NCBI GenBank assembly: GCA_963785725.1 | Contig: CAWAWS010000039.1 | Span: 512,001-576,000, forward strand | Direction: 5' to 3' | Origin: an uncultured delta proteobacterium | GTDB lineage: Bacteria; Myxococcota_A; Polyangia; Palsa-1104 | Length of the DNA stretch: 64,000 nt | Shown: positions 38,977-48,857 of the stretch, one piece after another | Numbering within the stretch: the stretch's first letter is position 1 | Layout: each line of letters opens with the position of its first letter | Position numbers and translations under genes: made by a program | Notes under the pieces: model-generated | The model's database searches: none | Told to the model about the DNA's origin: nothing | Seen by the model: the letters and a program-made list of their open reading frames with translations, nothing else

Positions 38977-39972
38977 ATGCGCGTCCTACCTTTGACCCTG
39001 CTCGTCGCGTTCGTGTCTTGTGCGCACGAGTCCTCGCCTCGTCCCGTCGTCTCCGCGGCCGCGCCGGTTGCCGCGCGCATCGGCGACACCGACATCACGC
39101 TCGCCGAGGTCGACGACGGCGCCAAGAGCGAGATCTACGAAGCGCGCGCGCAGTCGCTGCACACGATCATCGACGAGCGCGTCGTGGCCGCGGCGGCGAA
39201 GGCGGCGGGCAAGCCGGTGCAAGGCTTCGTCGAGGCGATGGCTCAGGCGCGCGTGCCGGAGACGACGCCGGCCGAGGCCAAGCAGTTCTACGACGACAAC
39301 AAGGCGCGGCTGCCGGAGGAGTTGACCGGCAAGCCGTGGAGCGAAGTGGAGCCGGTCGTCATTCAAGGGTTGACCGGGCAAAAGCGGCAAGAGGCGACGC
39401 TGCTCATCATGAGCGAGCTGCGCGAAGCGGCGCACGTCAAGGTGCTGCTCGGCCCGCCGAAGATCGACGTCGCGGCGACGGGGCCGTCGCGCGGCGCGCC
39501 CAACGCCAAGGTGACGATCGTCGAATTCTCGGACTTTCAGTGTCCGTTTTGCGCGCGCACGCAGCCGGTCGTGCAGGAGCTGTTGAAGCGTTACGACGGC
39601 CAGGTTCGCGTCGTGTTCCGCGATTTCCCGCTCTCGTTCCACGGCGACGCGGCGAAGGCGGCCGAAGCCGGTCACTGCGCCGACGAGCTCGGTCGCTTCT
39701 GGCCGCTGCACGATTGGATGTTCGACCATCAGCACAACCTGTCGGTGGCCGAGCTCAAAGGCGCGGCGGCGCAGCTCGGCCTCGACAAGGACAAGTTCGA
39801 CCACTGCCTCGACTCCGGCCGCTACGCGCAGACCGTGTCGGCGAACCAAAAGGACGGCGAGAAAGCGGGCGTCACCGGCACGCCGGCGTTCTTCATCAAC
39901 GGCGCCGTCATCAAGGGCGCGCAGCCGTTCGACGAGTTCAAGACCCTCGTCGATCAGGCGCTGTCCAAATGA
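38977..39972 (+). CDS. DsbA/thioredoxin-fold lipoprotein with an N-terminal helical (SurA-like) region
   Basis: Lipobox FVS-C; VTIVEFSDFQCPFC, RDFPL and GVTGTPAFFING. Confidence 0.9.
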   Translation: MRVLPLTLLVAFVSCAHESSPRPVVSAAAPVAARIGDTDITLAEVDDGAKSEIYEARAQSLHTIIDERVVAAAAKAAGKPVQGFVEAMAQARVPETTPAEAKQFYDDNKARLPEELTGKPWSEVEPVVIQGLTGQKRQEATLLIMSELREAAHVKVLLGPPKIDVAATGPSRGAPNAKVTIVEFSDFQCPFCARTQPVVQELLKRYDGQVRVVFRDFPLSFHGDAAKAAEAGHCADELGRFWPLHDWMFDHQHNLSVAELKGAAAQLGLDKDKFDHCLDSGRYAQTVSANQKDGEKAGVTGTPAFFINGAVIKGAQPFDEFKTLVDQALSK

Positions 39973-40892
39973 GGCGCGCGCTCGTCGCGGCGGCGCTGCT
40001 GACGGCGGCCGGCGTCGCGCACGCCGACGTCGTCGGCGAGACGCGCGCCGCCCTCGCGGCCGCGCGCTTCGACGACGCGCGCAAGATCGTCAGCGACGAG
40101 CGCGCGCACGGCGACACGCCGGCTGCGTTGGAGGCGCTGTCGTGGCTGGCGCGCGGCGAGCTCTTGGCCAAGCGGTTCGACGAGGCGCTGCGCGACGCCG
40201 AGCAGACGAAAGCGGCGGCGCTGAAGCTCTTGGCGACGCGACCGCTCGACGCCGAGCCGCGGCTGCCGATCGCGCTCGGCGCCGCCATCGAGGTCACGGC
40301 GCAAGCGCGCGCGGCCAAAGGCGAACGCGCGCAAGCCGTCGCGCAGCTGCAAGCCGAGCGCGAGCGTTACGCCAAGACCTCGATCGCGCTGCGCCTGCAG
40401 AAGAATCTCAACTTGTTGACATTGGAGGGCAAGACGGCGCCGCCGCTCGAGCGCGAGCCGCACTTCGGCGCGGTCGTGCCGTCGCTGGCGTCGCTGGCGG
40501 GCAAGCCGGTGCTCTTGTTCTTTTGGGCGCATTGGTGTCCCGACTGCAAGGCGATGGCGCCGGTGATCGCGCGGCTGCAGGCGGAATTCGCGTCGAGCGG
40601 CCTCGTCCTCATCGCGCCGACGCAGCTGTACGGCGCGGCCGGCGGCGGCGAAGAGGCGACGCCCGCCGTCGAAATGCCCTACATCGACGAGGTGCGCCGC
40701 TCGCGTTACGGCGCGCTCGGCGACGCGCCCGTTCCCGTCAGCGCCGCCAACTTCAGCAGCTACGGCGCCTCCAGCGTGCCGACGATCGTCGTCATCGACC
40801 GTGCCGGCAAAGTCGCGCTCTACCACCCGAGCAAAATGTCCTACGCCGAGCTGCGCTCCGCCCTCGTCGCCGCGACCAAGCCCGCGCCCTAA
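39969..40892 (+). CDS. TlpA/ResA-like thiol-disulfide oxidoreductase with an N-terminal helical repeat region
   Basis: Signal peptide; GKPVLLFFWAHWCPDC and VPTIVVIDRAG; ATGA overlap with the DsbA gene. Confidence 0.88.
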   Translation: MRRALVAAALLTAAGVAHADVVGETRAALAAARFDDARKIVSDERAHGDTPAALEALSWLARGELLAKRFDEALRDAEQTKAAALKLLATRPLDAEPRLPIALGAAIEVTAQARAAKGERAQAVAQLQAERERYAKTSIALRLQKNLNLLTLEGKTAPPLEREPHFGAVVPSLASLAGKPVLLFFWAHWCPDCKAMAPVIARLQAEFASSGLVLIAPTQLYGAAGGGEEATPAVEMPYIDEVRRSRYGALGDAPVPVSAANFSSYGASSVPTIVVIDRAGKVALYHPSKMSYAELRSALVAATKPAP

Positions 40893-40955
40893 ACTACAGC
40901 AGCGTTGCCGTAGTTTAGACGCGCGAATCGATTGACGATTCGGCGACGCATCGTA

Positions 40956-41895
40956 ATGTACGTGCCGGAGGTTCTTTTGGTCGATTCGAGCCGGCAGCGT
41001 CTCACCCATCTCAAGCAGCTGGAAGCGGAGAGCATTCACATCATCCGCGAGGTGGCGGCCGAATTCGAGAAGCCGGTGATGCTCTATTCCATCGGCAAGG
41101 ACTCGTCGGTGCTGGTGCATCTCGCGATCAAGGCGTTCGCGCCGGCGCCGCTGCCGTTTCCGCTGATGCACATCGACACGACGTGGAAGTTTCGCGACAT
41201 GATCGCGTTTCGCGACCGCTTCGTGGCCGAGCACAAGCTCGAGCTCATCGTGCACACCAATCAGGACGGGCTGCGCGACAACGTCAATCCGTTCGATCAC
41301 GGCTCCGAGAAGTACACGTCGGTCATGAAGACGCAGGCGCTGGTGCAGGCGCTGACGCTGCACGGCTTCGACGCGGCCTTCGGCGGCGCGCGCCGCGACG
41401 AGGAGAAGTCGCGCGCCAAGGAGCGCATCTTCTCGTTCCGCGATCGTTTTCAGCAGTGGGATCCGAAGAATCAGCGGCCGGAGCTGTGGAACCTCTACAA
41501 CGCCAAGGTGATGAAGGGCGAGAGCATCCGCGCCTTTCCGCTGTCGAACTGGACCGAGCTCGACGTCTGGCAATACCTGTATCAAGAGCAAATTCCGATC
41601 GTGCCGCTCTATTACGCGGCCAAGCGGCGCGTGGTCGAGCGCGACGGCGCGCTCATCATGGTCGACGACGAGCGCATGCGGCTGCGCGCCGGCGAAGTGC
41701 CGACCGAGCGCATGATTCGCTTTCGCACGCTCGGCTGCTATCCGCTTGTCGGGCGCCATCGAGAGCTCGGCGACGACGCTGGCGGAGATCTTGAACGAGA
41801 TGTTGTCGACGCGCGTCTCCGAGCGGCAAGGGCGGCTCATCGACCACGATCAAGACGCCTCGATGGAGCGCAAGAAGCGCGAAGGATATTTCTAG
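40956..41895 (+). pseudogene. cysD: Sulfate adenylyltransferase subunit 2 with a 1-nt frameshift near 41746 (likely sequencing error)
   Basis: [26 protein letters not shown] and [10 protein letters not shown] in one frame; GAIES...[21 protein letters not shown] continues in another frame to TAG at 41893-41895. Confidence 0.9.
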
Positions 41896-41898
41896 ACC

Positions 41899-43659
41899 GT
41901 GCCAGCAACGACGACGACGACGACGATGGATCGCGAACGTATCGAAGCGGAAATTGTCGCGTATTTGCAGCGTCACGAGAAGAAGGAGCTGTTGCGCTTC
42001 GTCATCGTCGGCTCGGTCGACGACGGCAAATCGACGCTCATCGGTCGCCTCTTGCACGACTTGAACGCCGTTTACGACGATCAGCTGGCGGCCGTGCAAA
42101 AGGCGACGACGATGGCGGGCGGCGCCATCGACTTCTCGCTCTTCACCGACGGCTTGGCGGCCGAGCGCGAGCAGGGCATCACCATCGACGTCGCCTATCG
42201 CTATTTCGCGACCGAGCGGCGCAAGTTCATCGTCGCCGACACGCCCGGCCACGTGCAGTACACGCGCAACATGGTCACCGGCGCGTCGACCGCCGACGTG
42301 TGCGTCATCCTCATCGACGCGCGCCTCGGCGTGCTCGAGCAGTCGCGGCGGCACGCGTATTTGGCGTCGCTGCTCGGCATTTCGCACCTGCTCGTCGCCG
42401 TCAACAAGATGGATCTGCGCGGCTACGAGCAAGCGGTCTACGACGATATTTGTCGCGATTTGGGCGCATTCGTCGACGCGCTGGCGTTCGAGTCGGTCAC
42501 GTTCGTCCCCATCTGCGCGACCAAAGGCGAGAACCTGGCGACGCCCGCAGCGACGATGCCGTGGTATCGCGGCCCGACGGTGCTCGGCTTCCTCGACGAG
42601 GTGCCGGTCGGGACCAAGGATGACCGCAGCGTCGGCGACTTCCGTTATCCCGTGCAGTACGTCTTGCGGCCCAACCTCGACTATCGCGGCTTCGCGGGCC
42701 AGATCGCGTCGGGCGTCGTGCGCACCGGCGACGCCGTCATGATCTTGCCGTCCGGCCGCCGCTCGAAGGTCAAGGCCATCGACACGTTCGCGGGCGAGCG
42801 CGCCGAAGCCTTCGCGCCCGAGAGCGTGACCTTGCGGCTCGAGGACGAGGTCGACTGCTCGCGCGGCGACATGATCGTGCACGCCGAGCGCCGCCCGCGC
42901 GTCATGCGCACGTTCGACGCGGACATCGTCTGGCTGCACGAGCGCGCGCTCGATCCGCACAAGACCTACCTCTTGAAGCACACGACGCGTACGGTGCGCA
43001 TGCAGGTGGCGCGCGTGCTGTCGAAGATCGACTTGACGACGCTGGAGCCGGTGCCGGCGGAGACGTTGGCGCTGAACGAGATCGGACAGCTGACGCTGAC
43101 CTGTCATCAGCCGCTCTATTTCGACGCCTACACGAAGAATCGCGCGACCGGCTCGTTCATCGTCGTCGACTCGCTGACCAACAGCACCGTCGGCGCCGGC
43201 ATGATCCGCGACGACGCGGCCGCGCAAGACCTCGACGCTGCCTTGCGCGAAGCGCGCGCCGGCGCCGAGGCGTCATCGCGCACGCAGGTCAGCGCCGGCG
43301 AGCGCGCGCAAAAGCTGGGGCAGAGCGGCTTCGCGCTGCTCTTGCACGGCGAGCCGACGGGCGCGCGGACGATCGCGTTCGCGCTCGAGCGGCGGCTCTA
43401 CGATCTCGGCCACGCCGCGCACGTGCTGACGTTCGACGGCGCGCCGGCGGCGGCCGCGCAAGCGCTGGCCGTGCGCGCCTGCAGCGACGCCGGCCTGGTG
43501 ACGATCTGGACCGGCGCCGCCACGGACGCGGCCGCCATCGGCGCCGCGCTCGCCGGCGAAAAGCGTCACGAATTCGCCGTCGCCGCCGACGAGCCGCCGG
43601 CGGCCGCCGTCGCGCGCTTGATCGCCGTCTTGACCGATCACGGCCAGCTCGATCGCTGA
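41899..43659 (+). CDS. cysN: Sulfate adenylyltransferase subunit 1 with a degenerate C-terminal APS-kinase-like remnant
   Basis: [38 protein letters not shown] and TGSFIVVD. The tail lacks the CysC P-loop. The start may be ATG 41926. Confidence 0.93.
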   Translation: MPATTTTTTMDRERIEAEIVAYLQRHEKKELLRFVIVGSVDDGKSTLIGRLLHDLNAVYDDQLAAVQKATTMAGGAIDFSLFTDGLAAEREQGITIDVAYRYFATERRKFIVADTPGHVQYTRNMVTGASTADVCVILIDARLGVLEQSRRHAYLASLLGISHLLVAVNKMDLRGYEQAVYDDICRDLGAFVDALAFESVTFVPICATKGENLATPAATMPWYRGPTVLGFLDEVPVGTKDDRSVGDFRYPVQYVLRPNLDYRGFAGQIASGVVRTGDAVMILPSGRRSKVKAIDTFAGERAEAFAPESVTLRLEDEVDCSRGDMIVHAERRPRVMRTFDADIVWLHERALDPHKTYLLKHTTRTVRMQVARVLSKIDLTTLEPVPAETLALNEIGQLTLTCHQPLYFDAYTKNRATGSFIVVDSLTNSTVGAGMIRDDAAAQDLDAALREARAGAEASSRTQVSAGERAQKLGQSGFALLLHGEPTGARTIAFALERRLYDLGHAAHVLTFDGAPAAAAQALAVRACSDAGLVTIWTGAATDAAAIGAALAGEKRHEFAVAADEPPAAAVARLIAVLTDHGQLDR

Positions 43660-43752
43660 CGAAGCCGCGCCCGAAAAATAGAGCCGCGATGGTGCGCCGT
43701 CGAGCACACCATCGCGGCTTTGGGGCTACGGATTACCGGCTCCCCGCTCGTG

Positions 43753-43920
43753 TTACATCGGTTTGGCGGGCGGCACGCAGAGCGTGTACGGACGGGTCAC
43801 CGGCGGCGGGTTGGTCGTCGTGTACGTTCCGCCGTCGACCTCACCGAGCTCCTGCGCCGTCAACGTACGAAGCGTCTCGCGGCTGATGCTCAGCTTCTTC
43901 TTGCTCTCGCTCTTTTTCAT
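43753..43920 (-). CDS. Putative class I lanthipeptide precursor (55 aa, double-Gly leader)
   Basis: Leader MKKSESKKKLSISRETLRTLTAQELGEVDGG; core TYTTTNPPPVTRPYTLCVPPAKPM; GGAGGG RBS. Confidence 0.78.
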   Translation of the reverse strand: MKKSESKKKLSISRETLRTLTAQELGEVDGGTYTTTNPPPVTRPYTLCVPPAKPM

Positions 43921-43972
43921 CGCGTCCCTCCAGAATGCCGTTGCGCCCTTGAACACAGGCGACCGGGCGTTC

Positions 43973-43988
43973 TGCAGAGCGCATGCCT
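43973..43988 (-). promoter_or_regulatory. Putative sigma-54 promoter of the precursor peptide gene
   Basis: Minus strand AGGCATGCGCTCTGCA fits GG-N10-GC, about 50 nt upstream of the ATG. Confidence 0.55.
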
Positions 43989-44175
43989 CCTTTCGCGTGC
44001 GTGCGGTGCGACAAATCGCGCCGCGTCAACCGTGACGCCGCGAACGAACCGCGGCTCGTTCACGTCACGAGGTCACATGTTCCGTCGCGTCGGCGTGGCC
44101 GGCGCGGCAACCAAACGACCCGCGGAGTTGCCGCTGAGGTCGCAGCCTCCTTCGCGCTGCGTCCGGCGCGCCAGC

Positions 44176-44697
44176 TCAATACGGCGCGTCGGCGGCGATC
44201 CACGATTGCCAGAGCTGATACATCGGCGCCGAATCATCCGGGAACGGCTTGCCGCCCGCGTGATCGACGCCGCTCGTCGCGCAGGTCTTGGCCAAGAGCA
44301 GCGACATGGCCGCGTTGTGCGTGTCGACGCAGTCGGCGGGATCGGGCGTGCCCGTCGCGCAGCCGTCGATGAGGTTGAAGTAGTTGGCGCGCAGCACCGT
44401 CTCCGCCGTCGGCGTCGCCGTGAGGACCGGCTGCTGCGTGCCGCCGTGGCACATCGACGTCGTGCAGCCCAGGCTGTCGAACTGCGCCTGAATCTGCGCG
44501 AAGTGCACGGCCACGCCGCCGTCGGTCGTCGGATCCGGCGAGTAGACGAAGGCGAGATCCTGCAGCGGCGTGCCGGCGGCCGTCTTGACCGCCATGTCAC
44601 CGCCATTGCCGTTGTCGATCTGCGGGATGATCTGGTTCAGGCAGCCCGCCGTCAGCATGGCCGTCGCCAACAACACGAAGCTCGGTAACGCGTGCAT
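44176..44697 (-). CDS. Lipoprotein with an atypical heme-c motif (CX4CH), cytochrome c-like
   Basis: LTAG-C lipobox; GCTTSMCHGG, SLLLAK, HAGG and WQSWIAADA. Confidence 0.65.
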   Translation of the reverse strand: MHALPSFVLLATAMLTAGCLNQIIPQIDNGNGGDMAVKTAAGTPLQDLAFVYSPDPTTDGGVAVHFAQIQAQFDSLGCTTSMCHGGTQQPVLTATPTAETVLRANYFNLIDGCATGTPDPADCVDTHNAAMSLLLAKTCATSGVDHAGGKPFPDDSAPMYQLWQSWIAADAPY

Positions 44698-44705
44698 GTT
44701 GCGTC

Positions 44706-46199
44706 TCACTTCTGCAGCTCGGTGACCATGAGCTGTTTCTCGGCGTCGGTGACCGTGCGATAGAGCGGCGGCGGCATCACGAGGCGCGTGTCCTGCCCGA
44801 GCTTGATGCGCGCGATGGCCAGGTCCTTCTCCGCCCGCGTCATGCGCGCCAGCTGATCGACGCGGAAGTTGTCGCGCGACACCGCCGGATCCAAGTTCGC
44901 GTTGTGGCACTCCTGGCACACTTGCTGGAGCAGCGTGTTGCCGTCGAGGCCCGCCTTCGGCGCGAAGCCGAGATCGCGCAGGCCGCCGTCGAGGAAGACG
45001 TCGCGGATGTCGGGCAGCGTCGTCTGCGTGCCCGCGAGGTACGACTGATATTGCATCGTCATGAAGGCGAGCTTGTCGGGATCGGTGACCTTGACGTCGT
45101 GATAGGGCGTGGCGATGAACTGCCCAGCGACGGAGTTCATGTAGATGCCTTCCCACACGGCGCTCTTGCCGATGGGCACGTTCACTTCCGGCTGCTGCGG
45201 CGCCGCCGCCTTCAGCTGCGCCTCGATCTCCGCCGACGGGAACGGGTTGGGCTGCGCGCCGAAGCCGTCCTGCACGATCATCTGCGCCATCAAGCCCGGG
45301 TTCGACTTGTCGATCATCGTCGCCGGGATGCCGCCGTAATCCTCGGTGGTGCCGTGCGCGGCGTGGAAGTCTTGGAAGAGCGCCTTGCCGCCTTCGGTCT
45401 GCTGCGACATCCAGTGCGTGAACGGCGCCTCCAGCTCCTGCATGCGCAAGATGGCGTTGCCGGTGTTCTGCGGATCGTGGCAGACGTGGCAGTCGAAGAT
45501 GGTGTTGCCGAGCGACGTCGTCATCTCGTAGACGCGCACGTTGCTCCAGCCGGTCGTGTTCTTCTGCGTCACCAGATCGGTCGTCGTGCAGCCGCCGGGC
45601 AGGAGGTTGCACGCCTGATCGAACAGCACGAGGTAGAAGTTGATGCCGCCCGCCGTCGGATCGTCGACGGCGACCTCGACGAACTGCTCGCCCGGATCGT
45701 ACGCCAGAAACGCGAAGTGGTTGGGCACGCTGCCGTCCGCCGGCGGCGGCGTGAACATGAAAGCCGTGGGCGCGATCGACGACACCTTGCGTGCCGTCAA
45801 CGCCGACGAGTGCGCGAGGATGGCGAAGCCGGGATTGCCGCCGGTGCCGTTCTCGCCCGTCGGATCCTTGAAGTCGAGGTTCAACAGCTTCATCAGATCG
45901 TTCAAGCCGGTCGGCGTCGGCATCACGCCACCGGGCACGAGATCCTGACAAAACACCTTGGTCAACATATCGGCGTCGTCGGGAAAGTTCGGATGCGCGC
46001 CGTCCTGCGCGCACAGCTCGGCGTGCGCGTCGAGCGGGTCCTTGAGCGCCACGAACGAGTCTTCGGGTAAGGTCGGCTGTTGGATCTGCGCGGGCGCGTC
46101 CATCGCCTTGCCGGTGGACATGCACGCCGGCAGTGAGAGCAACAAAAGCGCTCCCGACAAAGAGCGCAAGACCGGATGAAAAGCGTGGCTGGAATTCAT
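44706..46199 (-). CDS. Diheme c-type cytochrome lipoprotein of unknown family
   Basis: LSLPA-C lipobox; CHVCH and CQECH motifs; C-terminal VMPP as a candidate axial Met. Confidence 0.75.
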   Translation of the reverse strand: MNSSHAFHPVLRSLSGALLLLSLPACMSTGKAMDAPAQIQQPTLPEDSFVALKDPLDAHAELCAQDGAHPNFPDDADMLTKVFCQDLVPGGVMPTPTGLNDLMKLLNLDFKDPTGENGTGGNPGFAILAHSSALTARKVSSIAPTAFMFTPPPADGSVPNHFAFLAYDPGEQFVEVAVDDPTAGGINFYLVLFDQACNLLPGGCTTTDLVTQKNTTGWSNVRVYEMTTSLGNTIFDCHVCHDPQNTGNAILRMQELEAPFTHWMSQQTEGGKALFQDFHAAHGTTEDYGGIPATMIDKSNPGLMAQMIVQDGFGAQPNPFPSAEIEAQLKAAAPQQPEVNVPIGKSAVWEGIYMNSVAGQFIATPYHDVKVTDPDKLAFMTMQYQSYLAGTQTTLPDIRDVFLDGGLRDLGFAPKAGLDGNTLLQQVCQECHNANLDPAVSRDNFRVDQLARMTRAEKDLAIARIKLGQDTRLVMPPPLYRTVTDAEKQLMVTELQK

Positions 46200-46226
46200 G
46201 GGCGTTGACCTCGCCTGCAGCCCATT

Positions 46227-46241
46227 GCAACCCATATTCCA
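46227..46241 (-). promoter_or_regulatory. Putative sigma-54 promoter of the cytochrome operon
   Basis: Minus strand TGGAATATGGGTTGC fits GG-N10-GC. Confidence 0.55.
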
Positions 46242-46548
46242 CCACCTCGGCTCACGCTAATTCGTTGCGGGACAGGCAGATCGGAAGCGCGGACGATCGC
46301 GCGTAACGCCGAACGGATGAGGGCGCTTTCCCCGTCCTGGTGACCGTCCCACTGAGCAAATCTGTTGGCAGTGACACGTGAGCAACGACCGAAAATAATG
46401 TGAGCAAGCTACAAACTTTCGCGTGTGGGCCGACGCGCTGCGCCGTGTTTCCAATCTGTATCTTTGGACTAGCGTAACCTCGCTTCCATCGAGAAATATT
46501 GGCACTTTTCCGAATAGCAGGGTCACGTACTGCGCACGGAGGCTCCAC

Positions 46549-48786
46549 ATGCGCTGTTGGTTTGCCCTGGCTCTAATCGCGAGCATCGGCTGTTCTTCAT
46601 CACCAAATAAGATGTCGCCCGGCGGCGGCGACATGAGCATGGGCACGGGCGGCAACGGCGACGCCGTCTGCGGCGACGGTAAAGTCGAAGGCACCGAAGA
46701 GTGCGACGACGGCGCCGCCAACGGCGGCAGCGACAAGTGCAACGCGTTCTGCGACTGGAGCTGTAATGCCGACTCGACGTGCGACGACAAGAACGCCTGT
46801 AATGGCGCCGAGACCTGCGTCAACCACGCCTGCGTGCCCGGCACGCCTCCGACGGACGGCACCAGCTGTGGCACTGGCGAGATCTGTGTCGGCGGCACGT
46901 GCAACGCCGCCAAGTGCGGCGACGGCATCGTCACCGCGCCCGAAGAGTGCGACGACGGTAACCTGATCAACGGCGACGGCTGCGATACCGACTGCAAGTT
47001 CAGCTGCGAGTCGACCGACCCGACGCGCGACTGCACGCCCACCGACTCCTGCGCCGGCCAGGGCACCTGCAACGACACGACCCACGTCTGCGCGCCCGGC
47101 ACGCCGCTCGGCGACGGCACCACCTGCCCGACCGGCTTCTGCAAGGGCGGCGCGTGCACGAAGGCCACCTGCGGCAACGGCATCGTCGAGCCGGGCGAGC
47201 AGTGCGACGACGGCGCGCTCAACGGCACCAAGGGCGACGGTTGCACGGCGACGTGCACCTTCGTTTGCCAGAATCCGGCCACCGATTGCGGCGCGGCGCC
47301 CGCGTGCGAGATCTTCGCCTGCGCCGCCAACCACACCTGCTCCGCCGGCCCCGATTCGAGCCAGGACGGCAAGGCCTGCGGCTCCAACTTGGTCTGCAAG
47401 ACGGGCGCGTGCATCGGCGCGGCCGCGGTCTGCGGCAACGGCATCGTCGAGGCCGGTGAGCAGTGCGACTTCGGCGCGGGCAACGGCGCCAACACCGGCT
47501 GCGGCACCAACTGCCAATACTCCTGCCAGACCAGCGCCAACTGCGACGACGGCAACGCCTGCAACGGCGCCGAGACCTGCGGCGCGGTCACCGTGGGCAC
47601 GGGCACCGGCCAGAAGTGCAGCCCGGGCACGGCGCCGCCGAAGGGCACCGCCTGCGGCAGCGGCGGCATCTGCCTCACCACCACCTCGTGCTCGCCGTCG
47701 ACGTGCGGTGACGGCTTCGTCGATCCGAACAAGGGCGAGACCTGCGATCCGCCCGACGGCGTCACCTGCGACACCAGCTGCCACAAGGTCGTCTGCGGCG
47801 ACGGCGTGCGCGCGCCCGGCAGCAAAGAGCAGTGCGATGACGGCAACACGACCAACCTCGACGGCTGCGACAGCAACTGCAAGTTCGAGCAGGTGCAGCG
47901 CGCCAACTCGCTGACGATGTCGTTCAACAAGAGCGTGTGCGCGACGAACCAGCTTGGCGCCGCCATCTCCGACCCGCTCGTGGCCCAGCCCGACCTGCAG
48001 ATGGCGCTCACCAGCGGCATCGCCGACGGCTCGGTCACCATCGAGCTGGCGTTCAACGGCCTCGACGATCTCACCGGCACGTCGTCGACGCTGCCGTTCA
48101 CGCTCGGCGTCCTGCACGCGACGCCGGCGACGGGCACCGGCTACAACGGCGCCAGCGATCTCGACTGGTGGTATCCGACCGACACTGCCTCGATCAACGC
48201 CAATCGCCAGGCCACCAGCGTGCTCATGAACGGCAAGTTCGCGGCCTCGAAGCTGACGACCGATCCGGGCACGGCCATCCTCGGCCTCGTGCTGGCCGGC
48301 TCGCCCGCGTCGCTGACGATGTACAACACCGTCATGACCGCGTCGGTGACCGCGGCGGCGACCGCGCCGACGATCTCGACCGGTGGCAGCACGCCGGGCC
48401 ATCTGACGAGCGAGAACCTCGATCCGACGCTCAAGTCGTTCCCGTCCATGACCGGCGGCAAGCTCTGCGGCGACGTCAGCGCCGGCTCGCTCGCCAACGT
48501 CATCATGCCCGACGCGCTCATCCAGAACTGCAACGAGGGCTATACGACGAGCAACCACCTCATCGACGCCATCGTCAACGGCTGCACCAAGACGATCATC
48601 GGCCCGTACACCGTCATCGCCAAGACGCAGCCGGACGGCTCGACCGACGGCAAGAAGTACACCTTCACCGTCACCGGCAACTCCGTCACCGGCTGCACCG
48701 GCGGCGCCGCGTGGCCGACCTGCCTCACCAACGCCTGGTACTCGGGCGCGTTCCAGTTCACCGCCGATCGCGTCATCGCCAAGTAA
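46549..48786 (+). CDS. Myxococcus cysteine-rich repeat (DUF4215-like) lipoprotein
   Basis: IASIG-C lipobox; six CG[DN]G...E[EQT]CD repeats interleaved with CDDxNACNGAETC units; beta-rich C-terminal domain. Confidence 0.88.
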   Translation: MRCWFALALIASIGCSSSPNKMSPGGGDMSMGTGGNGDAVCGDGKVEGTEECDDGAANGGSDKCNAFCDWSCNADSTCDDKNACNGAETCVNHACVPGTPPTDGTSCGTGEICVGGTCNAAKCGDGIVTAPEECDDGNLINGDGCDTDCKFSCESTDPTRDCTPTDSCAGQGTCNDTTHVCAPGTPLGDGTTCPTGFCKGGACTKATCGNGIVEPGEQCDDGALNGTKGDGCTATCTFVCQNPATDCGAAPACEIFACAANHTCSAGPDSSQDGKACGSNLVCKTGACIGAAAVCGNGIVEAGEQCDFGAGNGANTGCGTNCQYSCQTSANCDDGNACNGAETCGAVTVGTGTGQKCSPGTAPPKGTACGSGGICLTTTSCSPSTCGDGFVDPNKGETCDPPDGVTCDTSCHKVVCGDGVRAPGSKEQCDDGNTTNLDGCDSNCKFEQVQRANSLTMSFNKSVCATNQLGAAISDPLVAQPDLQMALTSGIADGSVTIELAFNGLDDLTGTSSTLPFTLGVLHATPATGTGYNGASDLDWWYPTDTASINANRQATSVLMNGKFAASKLTTDPGTAILGLVLAGSPASLTMYNTVMTASVTAAATAPTISTGGSTPGHLTSENLDPTLKSFPSMTGGKLCGDVSAGSLANVIMPDALIQNCNEGYTTSNHLIDAIVNGCTKTIIGPYTVIAKTQPDGSTDGKKYTFTVTGNSVTGCTGGAAWPTCLTNAWYSGAFQFTADRVIAK

Positions 48787-48806
48787 TTCGTCACGATTAA
48801 CGCGGG

Positions 48807-48842
48807 CGCGGCTCCGGAGCATTTGACAGCTCCGGAGCCGCG
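48807..48842. terminator. 14-bp perfect hairpin after the Cys-rich gene
   Basis: CGCGGCTCCGGAGC-atttgaca-GCTCCGGAGCCGCG. Confidence 0.5.
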
Positions 48843-48857
48843 TGCCAGCGTCCTTGG

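Noticed and set aside
41740..41760. Programmed ribosomal frameshift in cysD
   Set aside because: No slippery sequence or stimulatory signal is present, and the same error pattern occurs in two unrelated genes.
41908..41925. (ACG)6 run at the cysN start
   Set aside because: A short in-frame triplet repeat, possibly upstream of the true ATG; a change in length would not shift the frame.
40956..43920. cysDN next to a Tyr-containing peptide precursor, suggesting a sulfated RiPP
   Set aside because: There is no sulfotransferase in the window, the APS-kinase part is degenerate and the genes are convergent. Adjacency alone is not enough.
46660..47880. Regularly recurring DNA repeats resembling an array
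   Set aside because: They encode Cys-rich protein repeats. There are no identical repeats with unique spacers and no cas genes, so this is not CRISPR.
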